Source: an uncultured Chitinophagales bacterium (GTDB lineage: Bacteria > Bacteroidota > Bacteroidia > Chitinophagales > JADIYW01). Taken from it: DNA of 40,616 nucleotides. The position numbers and the translations under genes are program-made. Location: assembly GCA_964584555.1 (NCBI GenBank), contig CAZPBT010000004.1, positions 1 through 40,616 of the forward strand, written 5' to 3'. Position 1 is the stretch's first letter; every line of letters starts with the position of its first letter. Shown here in pieces: positions 33,410-40,616 of this stretch. The notes beneath the pieces are model-generated. The model made no database searches. It saw only the letters and a list, made by a program, of their open reading frames with translations, and was not told where the DNA came from.

Positions 33410-33982
33410 TTAATTTAGATTTGGGTCTTCCGGCAATTGCGCAATCAGTTTATTTTTACCTCCCATTTTAATGAGCACTTCCTGCCACATATATTCACTC
33501 ATTTTAAAAATTTCTGGATAATCTTTACAAACTATCCAGCTGTTTTCCTGCATTTCTTCGGCAAGTTGCCCATCGCCCCAGCCTGCATAGCCGGCAAAAA
33601 ATTTTATATTTTGCGGCATGACTCTGCGATCTTTTACCAGAGATTTCAACTGGTCAAAATTGCCGTTCCAATAAATATTTTCTGTTACTTTTAAAGATCC
33701 TTCCAGTAAATCGCCATAGGCATGCAGATAATTAAGACGATCCATACCTACGGGCCCTCCATAATAGACGGTCGCCTCGAAATGTGGGAAGTTTGGTATC
33801 ATTTCATTTACTTTAAAAATGGAAGGACGATTTAGGACTAAACCTATACTGCCATCTTTTTCGTGTTCGCATAATAAGGTTACCGTGCGTTTAAATGCCG
33901 GATCTTTCATATAAGGTTCGGCAATCAGTAAATCTCCTTTATCCAGTACTATAATATTTGACATGTTTTCTCTATTCAACAA
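33410..33982 (-). CDS. YqgE/AlgH-family protein (UPF0301)
   Basis: 190-aa ORF. Motifs LLIAEPYMKDPAFKRTVTLLCEH..DGSIGLVLNRP and FAGYAGWGDGQLAEE. The start is the TTG at 33982 or the ATG at 33964. Confidence 0.8.
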   Translation of the reverse strand: MLNRENMSNIIVLDKGDLLIAEPYMKDPAFKRTVTLLCEHEKDGSIGLVLNRPSIFKVNEMIPNFPHFEATVYYGGPVGMDRLNYLHAYGDLLEGSLKVTENIYWNGNFDQLKSLVKDRRVMPQNIKFFAGYAGWGDGQLAEEMQENSWIVCKDYPEIFKMSEYMWQEVLIKMGGKNKLIAQLPEDPNLN

Positions 33983-34002
33983 TAAACATACGAAATCTGT
34001 AC

Positions 34003-34010
34003 CAAAGATA
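34003..34010 (-). promoter_or_regulatory. -7 promoter box (TATCTTTG) for the yqgE-ribE unit
   Basis: The reverse complement of CAAAGATA matches TAnnTTTG. It lies 20 nt upstream of the TTG at 33982. Confidence 0.35.
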
Positions 34011-34105
34011 AAAAAATAGCATGTAGCAATAAACAGGCATTATTTTTAAAAATAATATTCAAATAAATGAAAATTTGTAATTAACTTTACTTTGCTAAAC
34101 AGACA

Positions 34106-34879
34106 ATGATAACAACATTACTAGTAGAAGATGATCCACTCTTTAAAGAGTCTATAACAGATATGCTGTTGGATATCGGTGCAAATATCCATTTGCTCGA
34201 TACTTGTTCTACTTTAAGACAAGCTCGTGAGTCAATTTTAAAATACAATCCTCAACTACTTTTATTGGATGTTGTATTGCCTGATGGAAACAGTATAGAT
34301 ATGCTGAACAGTTTGGATGAGGATAATCTGGGAATATTTGAAGTAATATTTATTACAGCATTTGACCAGTTTGCATTGGAAGCAATAAAAAAAGATGCCG
34401 CTGATTATTTGCTTAAACCATTTACTAAATCGGAACTGATCAATGCACTACAAAAGGTAAAAAAACGTTTGCAAATTTATGAACGATTAGCACGAACTGA
34501 AGAGCTTGAAAAGCGCATGCAAGATTTTACTTCTCACCATCAACAGGCCAATAAAATTCTTATCAATACTTATGATGGTGTACTCTTGCTGAATGCCGAT
34601 GAAATAATTCACCTCGAAGCAGAAAGTAATTACACTGTTTTTTATATGGAAAATAATAAAAAAATTACTTCTTCCAAAACCTTGTCAACGTATGAAACTA
34701 CACTTGATGCACTGAATTTTTTCAGGGTTCACCGACAGTCCATCATTAATTTAGCCAAAATAAAAAACATTATAAACATCAATGGCTCCTATTCCGTTTT
34801 ACTGAGTGATGGAAGTAAGCTTGAAATTTCGAGAAGAAAAAAGAAAGATTTTTTTGAAAAGATAGCTTTGAAACAATAA
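34106..34879 (+). CDS. LytR/AlgR-family response regulator (receiver plus LytTR DNA-binding domain)
   Basis: 257-aa ORF. Receiver features LLVEDD, LLLLDVVLPDG and ADYLLKPF. The C-terminal LytTR domain carries IIHLEAESNYTVFYM and FFRVHRQSIINL. Confidence 0.85.
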   Translation: MITTLLVEDDPLFKESITDMLLDIGANIHLLDTCSTLRQARESILKYNPQLLLLDVVLPDGNSIDMLNSLDEDNLGIFEVIFITAFDQFALEAIKKDAADYLLKPFTKSELINALQKVKKRLQIYERLARTEELEKRMQDFTSHHQQANKILINTYDGVLLLNADEIIHLEAESNYTVFYMENNKKITSSKTLSTYETTLDALNFFRVHRQSIINLAKIKNIININGSYSVLLSDGSKLEISRRKKKDFFEKIALKQ

Positions 34880-34924
34880 TGGGTAAGTTTTTAGAGAATA
34901 GTATTGAGGATTATTTATTTTTTG

Positions 34925-35590
34925 TTAGACTTCATTTCTCCAGCAGTAAATTAAATTGCCGGGAGCTGAAATCGTAAAGCTTTCTTCAAACACAGACTGA
35001 AAGGAAAATGAAAACTGTGTATTCTCAATTTTTGAATGTGCACTTTCATGCAGTTTGCTGAATAATAAAATTCCTCCTGGTTTTACTAAGTTCTTCAATT
35101 TGCTCAAAAACGAAACATCCAGACATTCCATAGGTGTTTGGTCATCAATAAAAACATCAAATAATACTAAGTCGTATTGCGATAAATGAGTTCGTTTTAA
35201 GAATAAAAAAACATCTTCTGCAAAATAGTTGATTTTGCTCTTGTGTTTCGATTGTAAATATTTTTTTGAACACTCGATAACAACTTCATCTATTTCCACA
35301 GCATCAATGTTTTCAATACTGTCATTTGTTTCTAACAGATTAATGACACTGCCTATGCCTAAGCCTAATACCAAAACAGACTTTAAAGGCAAATGATGGA
35401 TTTGCAATGTTTTAAATGGAATGGAAAACGAAGTATAGTATTTCCCAAATGAATAAATAACGTGATGCGTGCTCAGCTTATAAGTGCCCCGGTGATAACT
35501 TACATTAATCACTCCACTATATTGGCTTTCCAGCTCTTCTACCGGAATTTCAAACAAATAACTCGCATAATGCTTTAAGCCCGAAATCAT
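34925..35590 (-). CDS. Class I SAM-dependent methyltransferase-fold protein, spermidine synthase-like
   Basis: 221-aa ORF. Motifs VLVLGLGIGS (motif I), AVEIDEVVIE and DLVLFDVF. The arrangement resembles spermidine synthase-like proteins. Confidence 0.5.
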   Translation of the reverse strand: MISGLKHYASYLFEIPVEELESQYSGVINVSYHRGTYKLSTHHVIYSFGKYYTSFSIPFKTLQIHHLPLKSVLVLGLGIGSVINLLETNDSIENIDAVEIDEVVIECSKKYLQSKHKSKINYFAEDVFLFLKRTHLSQYDLVLFDVFIDDQTPMECLDVSFLSKLKNLVKPGGILLFSKLHESAHSKIENTQFSFSFQSVFEESFTISAPGNLIYCWRNEV

Positions 35591-35591
35591 G

Positions 35592-36767
35592 CTAATGGGC
35601 GTAAGTCAACTGATTATAATTGGCAGATACAAAGCTTTGGTAGCAGTTGGTCAATTCCTTTTTGCACAAATCTATAATCTCGTAATTGCTCGGGAAATTT
35701 TGCGGAGGATAGTTGAGTTTATTTAATGTTGAAACACTTAATGCCCGTTTATCCCCGTTGATTTGATAATAGCTGTAATTAAATATGGCATTGCCTGAAC
35801 ATTTTGACTGCTTCATAATTTGTTTGGAATATGCTTCATAAATTGTAGCATCTCCTAATATCTGTGCTGTTTTATTCATGCGAGTTTCTTTTACATCACA
35901 ATATACTTTTATGTATTTCGGTTCTTTAATGTCATTGCCCAAACTGTCTTTTTTTACATTGCCTCTGGAATCTAAAACATATTGCCAGCCATCTTGTATT
36001 GTGTTTTGTTCAGTGGTGATAATTTCTTTCACATTGTCCGGAGACAAGTTGAGCTGGTACAAATTAAGTTTGATGACGTAATCATATGAAATGCTGTCCA
36101 CTTTATTATAATGAATTTTCAGCCACTCACTGGTATTATTGATGGAAATGCTGCTAAGGATGCTCGAAGCAAAATCAGGAGGAAACTGAAGCCCTGTAGG
36201 ATAATCAACTACGATTAAAGCAAAATTTGTTCCTTTTATTCTGGCTTCATTGATGAGTTCATTCACATCTTTATAGTTAATATAAAATTTCTTGGAAGCA
36301 GTAAAATAATCAACCGACTGTCTGATACTGCTTTTCAATCCCGAACGCAATAATTTCAAGCCTTGTTCATAATATACTTCTGCCGCATTCTGTCTCGATT
36401 CTTCTAAACCATATGACATATTAAATACTTCTATTTCGGCTTTTGTCCCGTCAGAATAATGAAGCGGTAATAAGCGGAGTAAATCATTTTGACGTTTGCT
36501 GATGAGTGTATACAAATCGAATATTTGTTCCCATTTACTTCCATCGCTATTTAGTGTTTTCAGGTTGTCTATTTTTTCTTTATCACGTGCAAGTACACTT
36601 TTATAGGCTTGTTCAAAGTATTTTAAATCATCGTCCTCATAATGTTCCAGTTTTAAAAACTGATCGACCACACTGTCATAGTCTCTGTGTTCAAAACTGC
36701 GTTTAATAGTGTGGCAAGACAAGAGCAACATGCTTAAAAATAAAAGAAGGATATGATTTTTTTTCAT
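35592..36767 (-). CDS. Hypothetical lipoprotein
   Basis: 391-aa ORF with lipobox MLLLSC. I recognise no family. Its stop codon is 1 nt from the start codon of the downstream methyltransferase-fold gene. Confidence 0.6.
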   Translation of the reverse strand: MKKNHILLLFLSMLLLSCHTIKRSFEHRDYDSVVDQFLKLEHYEDDDLKYFEQAYKSVLARDKEKIDNLKTLNSDGSKWEQIFDLYTLISKRQNDLLRLLPLHYSDGTKAEIEVFNMSYGLEESRQNAAEVYYEQGLKLLRSGLKSSIRQSVDYFTASKKFYINYKDVNELINEARIKGTNFALIVVDYPTGLQFPPDFASSILSSISINNTSEWLKIHYNKVDSISYDYVIKLNLYQLNLSPDNVKEIITTEQNTIQDGWQYVLDSRGNVKKDSLGNDIKEPKYIKVYCDVKETRMNKTAQILGDATIYEAYSKQIMKQSKCSGNAIFNYSYYQINGDKRALSVSTLNKLNYPPQNFPSNYEIIDLCKKELTNCYQSFVSANYNQLTYAH

Positions 36768-36786
36768 AATACAAATTATTCAACTG

Positions 36787-36794
36787 CAAAAATA
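36787..36794 (-). promoter_or_regulatory. -7 promoter box (TATTTTTG) for the lipoprotein operon
   Basis: The reverse complement of CAAAAATA matches TAnnTTTG. It lies 20 nt upstream of the ATG at 36767. Confidence 0.4.
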
Positions 36795-37025
36795 GAAATA
36801 CGTCATGATAAATGACATAAAAAATAATGCCAACTCACTTTCATTTCCAAAAGTTCCGCACTTTTTGCATTTTTAACCAAATAAATGTTAATTCTAAATT
36901 AAATTGCGAGCATGATTTAAATCATACATTTTACATCTGACTGATTTTAAGATGATTGCACGGCTAATTAAACTCATTCTAAATAACATTTTTCCACACT
37001 TTATACTACTTAGAATTACGAATGT

Positions 37026-37033
37026 TATATTTG
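37026..37033 (+). promoter_or_regulatory. -7 promoter box (TATATTTG) for the ACIII operon
   Basis: Exact TAnnTTTG match, 23 nt upstream of the ATG at 37057. This argues that the real actA start is Met36 of the tracked ORF. Confidence 0.45.
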
Positions 37034-37056
37034 CAACCGAGAAAATTTCAGGTGTA

Positions 37057-38319
37057 ATGTATAAATTCAAAACAATCAGAGTTTCCCTCTCTCTTATAGC
37101 GTTAATCCTATCCCTATTTTTTACTAACCAAATAAAAGCAGCTTTTGCCGTACCTGATGTTCAGGCTTCGGATGCCGCCGGCGTTGATAAGGTAAAAAAA
37201 GGTCAGGACTTGTTTAAGGCTAACTGTGCTTCTTGCCACAAAATTGATTCCAAATTAGTCGGACCGGCTTTAATGGGCTCATGGGACAGATGGGAAAGTG
37301 AAGACAAGCTAGTAGCGTGGGTGCAAAACTCACAAAAATTAATCAGCTCAGGCGATGCCTACGCAAACAAAGTTTTCAATGAAAACAATAAAGTTGCGAT
37401 GACTGCCTTTCCTCAGCTAACTAAAGAACAAGTACAAGACATCTTTTTATATGTAAAAAACAGCGCAGTAGTAGAACAACCTGCAGCCGGCGCAGATGCT
37501 GGCACTGCTGCTCAAACTGCACCCAAATCAAATACGGGTATTTTCTATTTCCTGATTGTCTTGTTGGCAGTATTAGCATTAGTGCTTTGGAATATCGTTT
37601 CCAAACTGAATAAAATAGTAAATGCTAAAGAAGGTGTTGCAGAGCCGGAAGCAAAACCATTCTTCGGTTCACGTTTTAAAAAGACAGCTCTGTTGTTGGG
37701 TTCAGTACTATTAGTGTTCAACATCTTTAACGGGGCTATTGATTTAGGTCGCTCTCAAGGTTATGCTCCCGATCAGCCGATTCGTTTCTCTCATGCCCTA
37801 CACGTAGGACAAAACCAAATAGATTGTCAATATTGCCATATCGGAGTGGAAAAAAGCCGTCACGCAAGTATTCCTGGAACACAAATTTGTATGAACTGCC
37901 ATAAAGCAGTCAATACAGGTCCGAAATACGGAAAAGATGAAATCAAGAAAATTTATGATTACGCAGGATGGGATCCTGATCAGGCAAAATTTGTTCGTGA
38001 ACCTAAAAATATAGAATGGGTGAAAATTCACAACTTGCCGGATCACGTTTATTTCAACCACTCACAACACTATAAAGTTGGCGGTATTAAATGTCAAACA
38101 TGTCATGGAAAAGTAGAAGAATATGAAGTGATGAAACAATTTGCACCGCTTTCTATGGGATGGTGTATCAATTGCCACCGTCAAACTGAAGTGAAATTTA
38201 ATGACAATAAATACTACTCTATTTTCCAACGCTATCAAAAAGAGCTGAAAGAAGGTAAAAAAGACAAGATTACGGTAGCAGACGTTGGAGGTACTGATTG
38301 TCAAAAATGCCACTATTAA
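37057..38319 (+). CDS. actA: Alternative Complex III subunit ActA: N-terminal monohaem class I cytochrome c domain fused through a TM helix to a pentahaem c3-like domain
   Basis: Signal/anchor MYKFKTIRVSLSLIALILSLFF. Six CxxCH motifs: CASCH, CQYCH, CMNCH, CQTCH, CINCH and CQKCH. A central TM helix (IFYFLIVLLAVLALVLWNIV) separates the domains. actB follows directly. Confidence 0.8.
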   Translation: MYKFKTIRVSLSLIALILSLFFTNQIKAAFAVPDVQASDAAGVDKVKKGQDLFKANCASCHKIDSKLVGPALMGSWDRWESEDKLVAWVQNSQKLISSGDAYANKVFNENNKVAMTAFPQLTKEQVQDIFLYVKNSAVVEQPAAGADAGTAAQTAPKSNTGIFYFLIVLLAVLALVLWNIVSKLNKIVNAKEGVAEPEAKPFFGSRFKKTALLLGSVLLVFNIFNGAIDLGRSQGYAPDQPIRFSHALHVGQNQIDCQYCHIGVEKSRHASIPGTQICMNCHKAVNTGPKYGKDEIKKIYDYAGWDPDQAKFVREPKNIEWVKIHNLPDHVYFNHSQHYKVGGIKCQTCHGKVEEYEVMKQFAPLSMGWCINCHRQTEVKFNDNKYYSIFQRYQKELKEGKKDKITVADVGGTDCQKCHY

Positions 38320-38359
38320 TTAAAAATTATTTGTATAAATCGTTATAACATTCCTAATA

Positions 38360-40616
38360 ATGAGTAACAAAAAATACTGGTCGAGTTTAGATGAGTTGAA
38401 TGAAACTCCGGCATATAAAGAACAAGCCGCTAATGAGTTTCATATCAACAGCGACGAAAATGATGTAACAGAGTTCGGCTCTAACCGTAGAGATTTCTTA
38501 AAAGCAATGGGTTTCAGCGTTTCAATAGCTGCATTATCTTCTGCCTGCCAGATTCCGGTTAAAAAAGCAATTCCTTACACGATAGATTTAAGAAAAGCAG
38601 TTCCTGAAATTGTTCCGGGTGTAGCAGAATACTTTGCATCAACCTATTGCAATGGTACTGATTTTGTCAATATTTTAGTAAAAACGCGCGAAGGTCGTCC
38701 TATAAAAATTGAAGGCAATAATGATTCGCCTTTGACATTAGGAGGAACCAATGCGCATGCTCAAGCATCAGTTTTGGGATTGTATGATGTTACCAGAGCC
38801 AAAAAACCTTTGAAAGGTGGAAAAGAAACAGACTGGAAAACAGCAGATGCTGAGATTACGCAAAAATTAAGTGCAATTGCACAATCCGGCGGCAAAATTG
38901 CATTGGTTACTGGAACGGTTACATCTGTACTGACTAAAAAGGCAATCGAAAAATTTGTGGCTAAATATCCTACAACTAATGTTGTGAGTTATGATGCCGT
39001 ATCTGCTTATGCAACACGTAAAGCAAATCAGATTTCTTTAGGCTCACCAATTATTCCTACAATTCATTATGACAAAGCTGATGTAATTGTTGGCTTTAAC
39101 AGTGATTTTATAGGAACGGGTATTTCCAATGTGGAAAATGCTAAGAAATATATAGCTAATCGTGTTCCGAGCAAAACTAATCCTAAAATGTCACGCCATT
39201 ATCAGTTTCAATCGGTGGCTACATTAACAGGAGCTAATGCGGATTACAGATTTCAAATTAAACCATCTGAAGAAAAACAAGCTTTAATTAACCTGTTGGC
39301 AAAAGTGGGTGGAAGTATTAGTGGCAGTGCTGCTGTTTCTGTAAAAGAAACTAATGAAGGTATTGACAAAGCGGCTAAAGATTTATTGGCATCAAAAGGA
39401 CGCTCTGTAGTGGTTTCAGGTACTAATGATGTACAAATTCAATTATTGGTAAATGCAATTAACAGTGTCTTAGGTAACTACGGAACAGTTGTTGATACTG
39501 CTACTACATACAACTTAAAATCTGGAAATGATGAAGCTTTAGCTGCTTTAGCAAATGATTTGAAAGCAGGAGCATATAAAGCCATTATTTTCTTAGGGGC
39601 TAATCCTGTATATAATACTGCCTATACAGATATTTTCAAAAATGCTATAAAAGGTGCTGAACTTTCAGTATCTACGGCTGACAGGCAGGATGAAACAGCT
39701 CAGTTCTGTACTTATTTATGTCCGGAATCACATTATCTGGAATCTTGGGATATAATTAATCCAAAAACAGGATTTTACGGTTTTGTTCAGCCAACTATTA
39801 ATACCATTTTCAGTACTCGTCAGGTAGCAGAAACGTTGATGACTTGGGCTGGTGATACGACACCAATTGCCGCGTTTGCTGAAAATGAAATTGCCGCTTT
39901 ATCTGGAGGAAATTATCAAAACGCAGTTCAGGCAGGATTTTTAGGTACTGATGGTACTGGTGGCGGTGCTGCTGCTAACGCCGGAAGTGCAATTGCAGCC
40001 ATTACTCCGGTAACTGCTGCTAATGGAATGGAAGCTGTAATCTATCAGAAAATAGGTGTAGGTGACGGCGAATTGGCGAATAATGCATTCTTGCAAGAAT
40101 TACCGGACCCGATATCAAAAGTTACTTGGGATAACTATGTAACGATACCTTATTCTTATGCAAAGGCTAAAGGATTTTCTGATGAAGAAATCATGCCTTC
40201 TGATAAAAGAGTAAAAACTGCTAATGTAACTATTAATGGTAAAACGTTTAAAGATTTACCGGTTGTTGTTCAATTCGGACAAGCACCAAATACAATTGCA
40301 GTTGCTTTGGGTTACGGAAGAGAAAAAGCAGGCAAAGCCGGTGACGGTGTAGGTAAAAATGTTTATGGCGCTGTTGCTTATGTAAATGGCATTGCATCTT
40401 ATTCTTCAGCTGATGCAAAAATTGAGTTCAATTCTTCTAAGTATGAATTAGCGCTCAACCAAACTTATCATACACTGATGGAAGATAATAATCTTCCGCT
40501 CAGACCTAAACGTTTCAGACATGGTATCTTGAAAGATACGAATTTGGAAGAGTATAAGAAAAATCCGCATGCAGGTAATGAAGAAAGAAAAAAAATAAAA
40601 GAAGAATTCAGTAATT
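38360..40616 (+). CDS. actB: Alternative Complex III subunit ActB (molybdopterin-oxidoreductase-like, Tat-exported), 3'-truncated by the window edge
   Basis: An open frame runs from the ATG at 38360 to the end of the window, so it is not in the ORF track. My translation begins MSNKKYWSSLDELNETPAYKEQ... and carries the twin-arginine motif SNRRDFLKAMGFS. It lies immediately downstream of actA. Confidence 0.8.
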   Translation, partial: MSNKKYWSSLDELNETPAYKEQAANEFHINSDENDVTEFGSNRRDFLKAMGFSVSIAALSSACQIPVKKAIPYTIDLRKAVPEIVPGVAEYFASTYCNGTDFVNILVKTREGRPIKIEGNNDSPLTLGGTNAHAQASVLGLYDVTRAKKPLKGGKETDWKTADAEITQKLSAIAQSGGKIALVTGTVTSVLTKKAIEKFVAKYPTTNVVSYDAVSAYATRKANQISLGSPIIPTIHYDKADVIVGFNSDFIGTGISNVENAKKYIANRVPSKTNPKMSRHYQFQSVATLTGANADYRFQIKPSEEKQALINLLAKVGGSISGSAAVSVKETNEGIDKAAKDLLASKGRSVVVSGTNDVQIQLLVNAINSVLGNYGTVVDTATTYNLKSGNDEALAALANDLKAGAYKAIIFLGANPVYNTAYTDIFKNAIKGAELSVSTADRQDETAQFCTYLCPESHYLESWDIINPKTGFYGFVQPTINTIFSTRQVAETLMTWAGDTTPIAAFAENEIAALSGGNYQNAVQAGFLGTDGTGGGAAANAGSAIAAITPVTAANGMEAVIYQKIGVGDGELANNAFLQELPDPISKVTWDNYVTIPYSYAKAKGFSDEEIMPSDKRVKTANVTINGKTFKDLPVVVQFGQAPNTIAVALGYGREKAGKAGDGVGKNVYGAVAYVNGIASYSSADAKIEFNSSKYELALNQTYHTLMEDNNLPLRPKRFRHGILKDTNLEEYKKNPHAGNEERKKIKEEFSN

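Noticed and set aside
36952-37056. 35-codon N-terminal extension of ActA in the ORF track
   Set aside because: A consensus -7 box (37026-37033) lies inside it. The extension has no signal-peptide character, whereas Met36 begins a typical signal/anchor.

Overview
AT-rich chromosomal segment, most likely from a Bacteroidota genome. The evidence is a T9SS-type C-terminal sorting domain, several TAnnTTTG -7 promoter boxes close to start codons, many lipoprotein signals and an Alternative Complex III operon. About 35 genes fill nearly the whole window. The centrepiece is a ~12 kb minus-strand denitrification block (7.7-18.8 kb) covering nitrite to N2O. Its order is OM beta-barrel, nirK (fused cytochrome c), nirV (FGE-like), SCO1/SenC, a polytopic membrane protein, norC (extra cytochrome c domain), norB, norQ, norD and ric/ytfE. 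An Rrf2/NsrR-like regulator and a lipid-anchored cytochrome c are transcribed divergently from it. A near-identical 25-bp palindrome-containing motif lies in front of the nirK operon and the cytochrome c gene, with a diverged copy in front of norC. Other content: a FadB-like beta-oxidation enzyme, an Omp85/TamA-like protein, a TrmH-family methyltransferase, WbqC, an ureohydrolase, variant System I cytochrome c maturation genes (CcmE with CPSKY, plus CcmF), trpC, a GT2 polyprenol-phosphate mannosyltransferase, ribE, yqgE, an orphan LytTR response regulator, and the start of ACIII (hexahaem ActA, partial ActB). There is also a 1951-aa T9SS cargo protein with an unassigned Cys/acidic N-terminal module, a beta-helix and a ~335-residue glycine-rich, collagen-like core. 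Non-coding oddities are a three-module composite octanucleotide microsatellite (2602-2936) and further short-period stutter repeats in other intergenic spacers. I found no CRISPR array, tRNA, rRNA, transposase, integrase or recognisable defence genes. No clear-cut novel multi-gene system is evident. The best candidates for follow-up are the giant glycine-rich T9SS protein with its small secreted upstream partner, the nirK-nirV-sco1-membrane protein copper/NO accessory set with its shared operator, the octamer repeat locus next to an AT-rich islet of orphan genes, and a tightly coupled lipoprotein plus methyltransferase-fold pair.
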